Positions 62,176 through 64,000 of a stretch of DNA of 64,000 nt are shown here, piece by piece. The stretch spans positions 1-64,000 of the forward strand of contig JBBRNJ010000016.1 in NCBI GenBank assembly GCA_038230375.1, written 5' to 3'. Every line of letters starts with the position of its first letter. Within the stretch, counting starts at the first letter, position 1. The translations under genes were made by a program, and so were the position numbers. Origin of the DNA: Polyangiales bacterium. Lineage in GTDB: Bacteria > Myxococcota_A > Polyangia > Polyangiales > Polyangiaceae. The notes under the pieces are model-generated. The model saw only the letters and a program-made list of their open reading frames with translations. It searched no databases and had not been told where the DNA came from.

Positions 62176-63828
62176 TCAGCGCGCGCGACCTCGCCGGCGC
62201 CACACCAGAAGCAGCGCAACGGCGCCGAGCGCGACGCGTGAGACTGGGCTCTTTTTTCCATGGCCACGGCGCGCCGCTGAGCAATCACCGCCACCGCCAC
62301 CGCCGCCACCGCCGCTGCATCCGTCGGCTCCGCCACCACCACCACCGCCGCTGCACCCATCCCCGCCGCCGCCGCCGCTGTCGCCGCTGCATCCGTCGCT
62401 ACCGCTCGAATCGGAGCTCGAGCCGCACCCATCGCTGCTGCTCGAGTCGCTACTGCTGCTGCTGCTGGAATCGCAGCTGTCCCCGGAGGTGTCCACCGCC
62501 ACCCCGACGTCCGCGGATGGATCGACGTAGTCGCTGCTGCCGAAGTCACCGCCTCCGCCGCTGCTGCCGGCTCCGACGTTGGCGCCGCCGAAGCCGCCCG
62601 CGCTGCCTGCGGTCTCGCCCGCCGTGCGGCACGCCAGATCGTACTCGAGCGACGCGACCACCGTGCTCTGCTCCGCGCCACCGAGGACCACGTTGGCCGT
62701 GCTGTCGCCCGTGGTCACGGCGCGCGTCACTGCGAGCGCGGCGGGCGTGGCGTTCGAGAGCGCGAGCGCGAAGTCGTCGCCTCCGCAGCGGAGCGTGTGC
62801 GCGTCCGTCTCGCCTGCGAGCACGCCCTCATCACACGACGCGCCGCCGAACCACGCGAGGGCGCCGGCCGCGCACGTGTGCGACACGCGCGCGTTGCTAG
62901 CGGCGAGCAGCTGCGACGCAAGGCCGCATGTGTCTGGTCCGAAGTACGATCCAGCGACGGAGGGGATGGTGAGCGATTGATCAGCGCGCGCCACAAACAG
63001 GCCACGATGGCTCGCGGACTCGATCAGGAAGCGACCCTCTCCTACGCCCACGAGCGCGTTCCAGCGCACCGTTGGATAGTTCGAGCCGCGCGCGCCCCAC
63101 GTGATCTCCGGCGGTGCGACTGCGCCGAGGAGCACGGGTGCCCCGCCGAAGGCCGCAGGACCAGGTCCGATCGCGTACACGGTGCTGAACGACGGATGCA
63201 CACCAGCACCGACGCTGGTGGACGGCGAACCGTTCGCCGCGCTCGGCCACGTCACACGGACCGTTGGCGTGCGCACGGGACCTTGGGTTGCACCGAAGCG
63301 GAGCGCGAGCAGCGCAGAGCCGGCGAGGAACGCGGAGTGCGCGGCGGTGATGGTCTCGCCGTCCAGCTCCAGGTCGCTGCCATAGGTTGCGAGGTCGGCG
63401 TCGCCGAAGAGAATGCGAGCATCGGATGGGGAGAGCCGCGCGCCGTGCGCTGCCGTCGTCGAGACCTCCGCGGTCCCGAGAGCGTTGCACGGCGCTGGCG
63501 CGGCAGGCGGGACGATCCGCGCCGCATACGCGACGTCCAGAGCGCCAAGCCATGCGTCGCTACCGAGGTCCGCGCGCGCGCCCGGCGGTAGCGGGATGAG
63601 CCAGACGAAGCCGCCCGAGCTCGCGTCGAGTCGGGTCCAGCTCGTCGTTTGGTCGGCGCCGAAGGTCGTCGCGACCTCCTCACCAGTGACCTGCACCCGG
63701 GTGTCCTTCAAGGGGGACAGCAGGCCGCGAGCCTCTGCCCGGTCGGCCCCGACTGTGAACGAAGCGATGGCGAGCAACGCGGCGCCCGCCCGGGCCGATG
63801 GTCTGATGAAGCGGTTCACACCCCGCAT
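62176..63828 (-). CDS. DUF2330-like surface protein with a MYXO-CTERM-like tail
   Basis: FVWLIPLPPGARADLGSDAW; Ser/Gly/Asp-Cys repeats, then a TM helix and RRRGRAR. The start is uncertain. Confidence 0.7.
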   Translation of the reverse strand: MRGVNRFIRPSARAGAALLAIASFTVGADRAEARGLLSPLKDTRVQVTGEEVATTFGADQTTSWTRLDASSGGFVWLIPLPPGARADLGSDAWLGALDVAYAARIVPPAAPAPCNALGTAEVSTTAAHGARLSPSDARILFGDADLATYGSDLELDGETITAAHSAFLAGSALLALRFGATQGPVRTPTVRVTWPSAANGSPSTSVGAGVHPSFSTVYAIGPGPAAFGGAPVLLGAVAPPEITWGARGSNYPTVRWNALVGVGEGRFLIESASHRGLFVARADQSLTIPSVAGSYFGPDTCGLASQLLAASNARVSHTCAAGALAWFGGASCDEGVLAGETDAHTLRCGGDDFALALSNATPAALAVTRAVTTGDSTANVVLGGAEQSTVVASLEYDLACRTAGETAGSAGGFGGANVGAGSSGGGGDFGSSDYVDPSADVGVAVDTSGDSCDSSSSSSSDSSSSDGCGSSSDSSGSDGCSGDSGGGGGDGCSGGGGGGGADGCSGGGGGGGGGDCSAARRGHGKKSPVSRVALGAVALLLVWRRRGRAR

Positions 63829-64000
63829 CCAGCAACGCTCATGCCCGCGCCCTTTCGTACGAAAGGCCGCAAAATATGCCTGCAACGTGCGTTCACGCGG
63901 AGCCGGCTTCACGTGAACGTTCCACCGTGAACCCACGTCCACGCGTCGTCTTGTGGATTCACCTACAGGGACCACCTGCCGCGACCGTTCCCCTGAGAGG

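Overview
High-GC chromosomal window, most likely from a myxobacterium (inferred Polyangiales-like from the many Cys/Gly-rich lipoproteins, a Ser/Thr kinase and a MYXO-CTERM-like tail). Housekeeping genes (argS, thrS, infC, msrB, pstBSCA, znuAC-like, astA) alternate with accessory secreted-protein genes. The window opens in the 3' end of an ISAzo13-family transposase that has truncated an FGE-domain gene. Main points: (1) a complete sdpA-sdpB-sdpC-like toxin operon with a sigma54-type promoter, a lipoprotein-type precursor, a Cys-free core and no sdpI, lying between thrS and infC; (2) six clear dispersed arrays of a degenerate hexamer (CTCGAC/CCCGAC) plus a degenerate patch, some intergenic and some recruited as Thr/Ser/Pro linkers, one of which bounds an Avd-like four-helix-bundle gene whose other flank is a (CCCCAA)3 G-quadruplex-like tract; (3) an envelope thiol-redox cluster with a thioredoxin/di-heme peroxidase fusion; (4) repeated signs of leaderless transcription from both sigma70-type and sigma54-type promoters. 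No rRNA, tRNA, CRISPR array or reverse transcriptase was seen. All family assignments come from motif recognition by eye, not from database searches.
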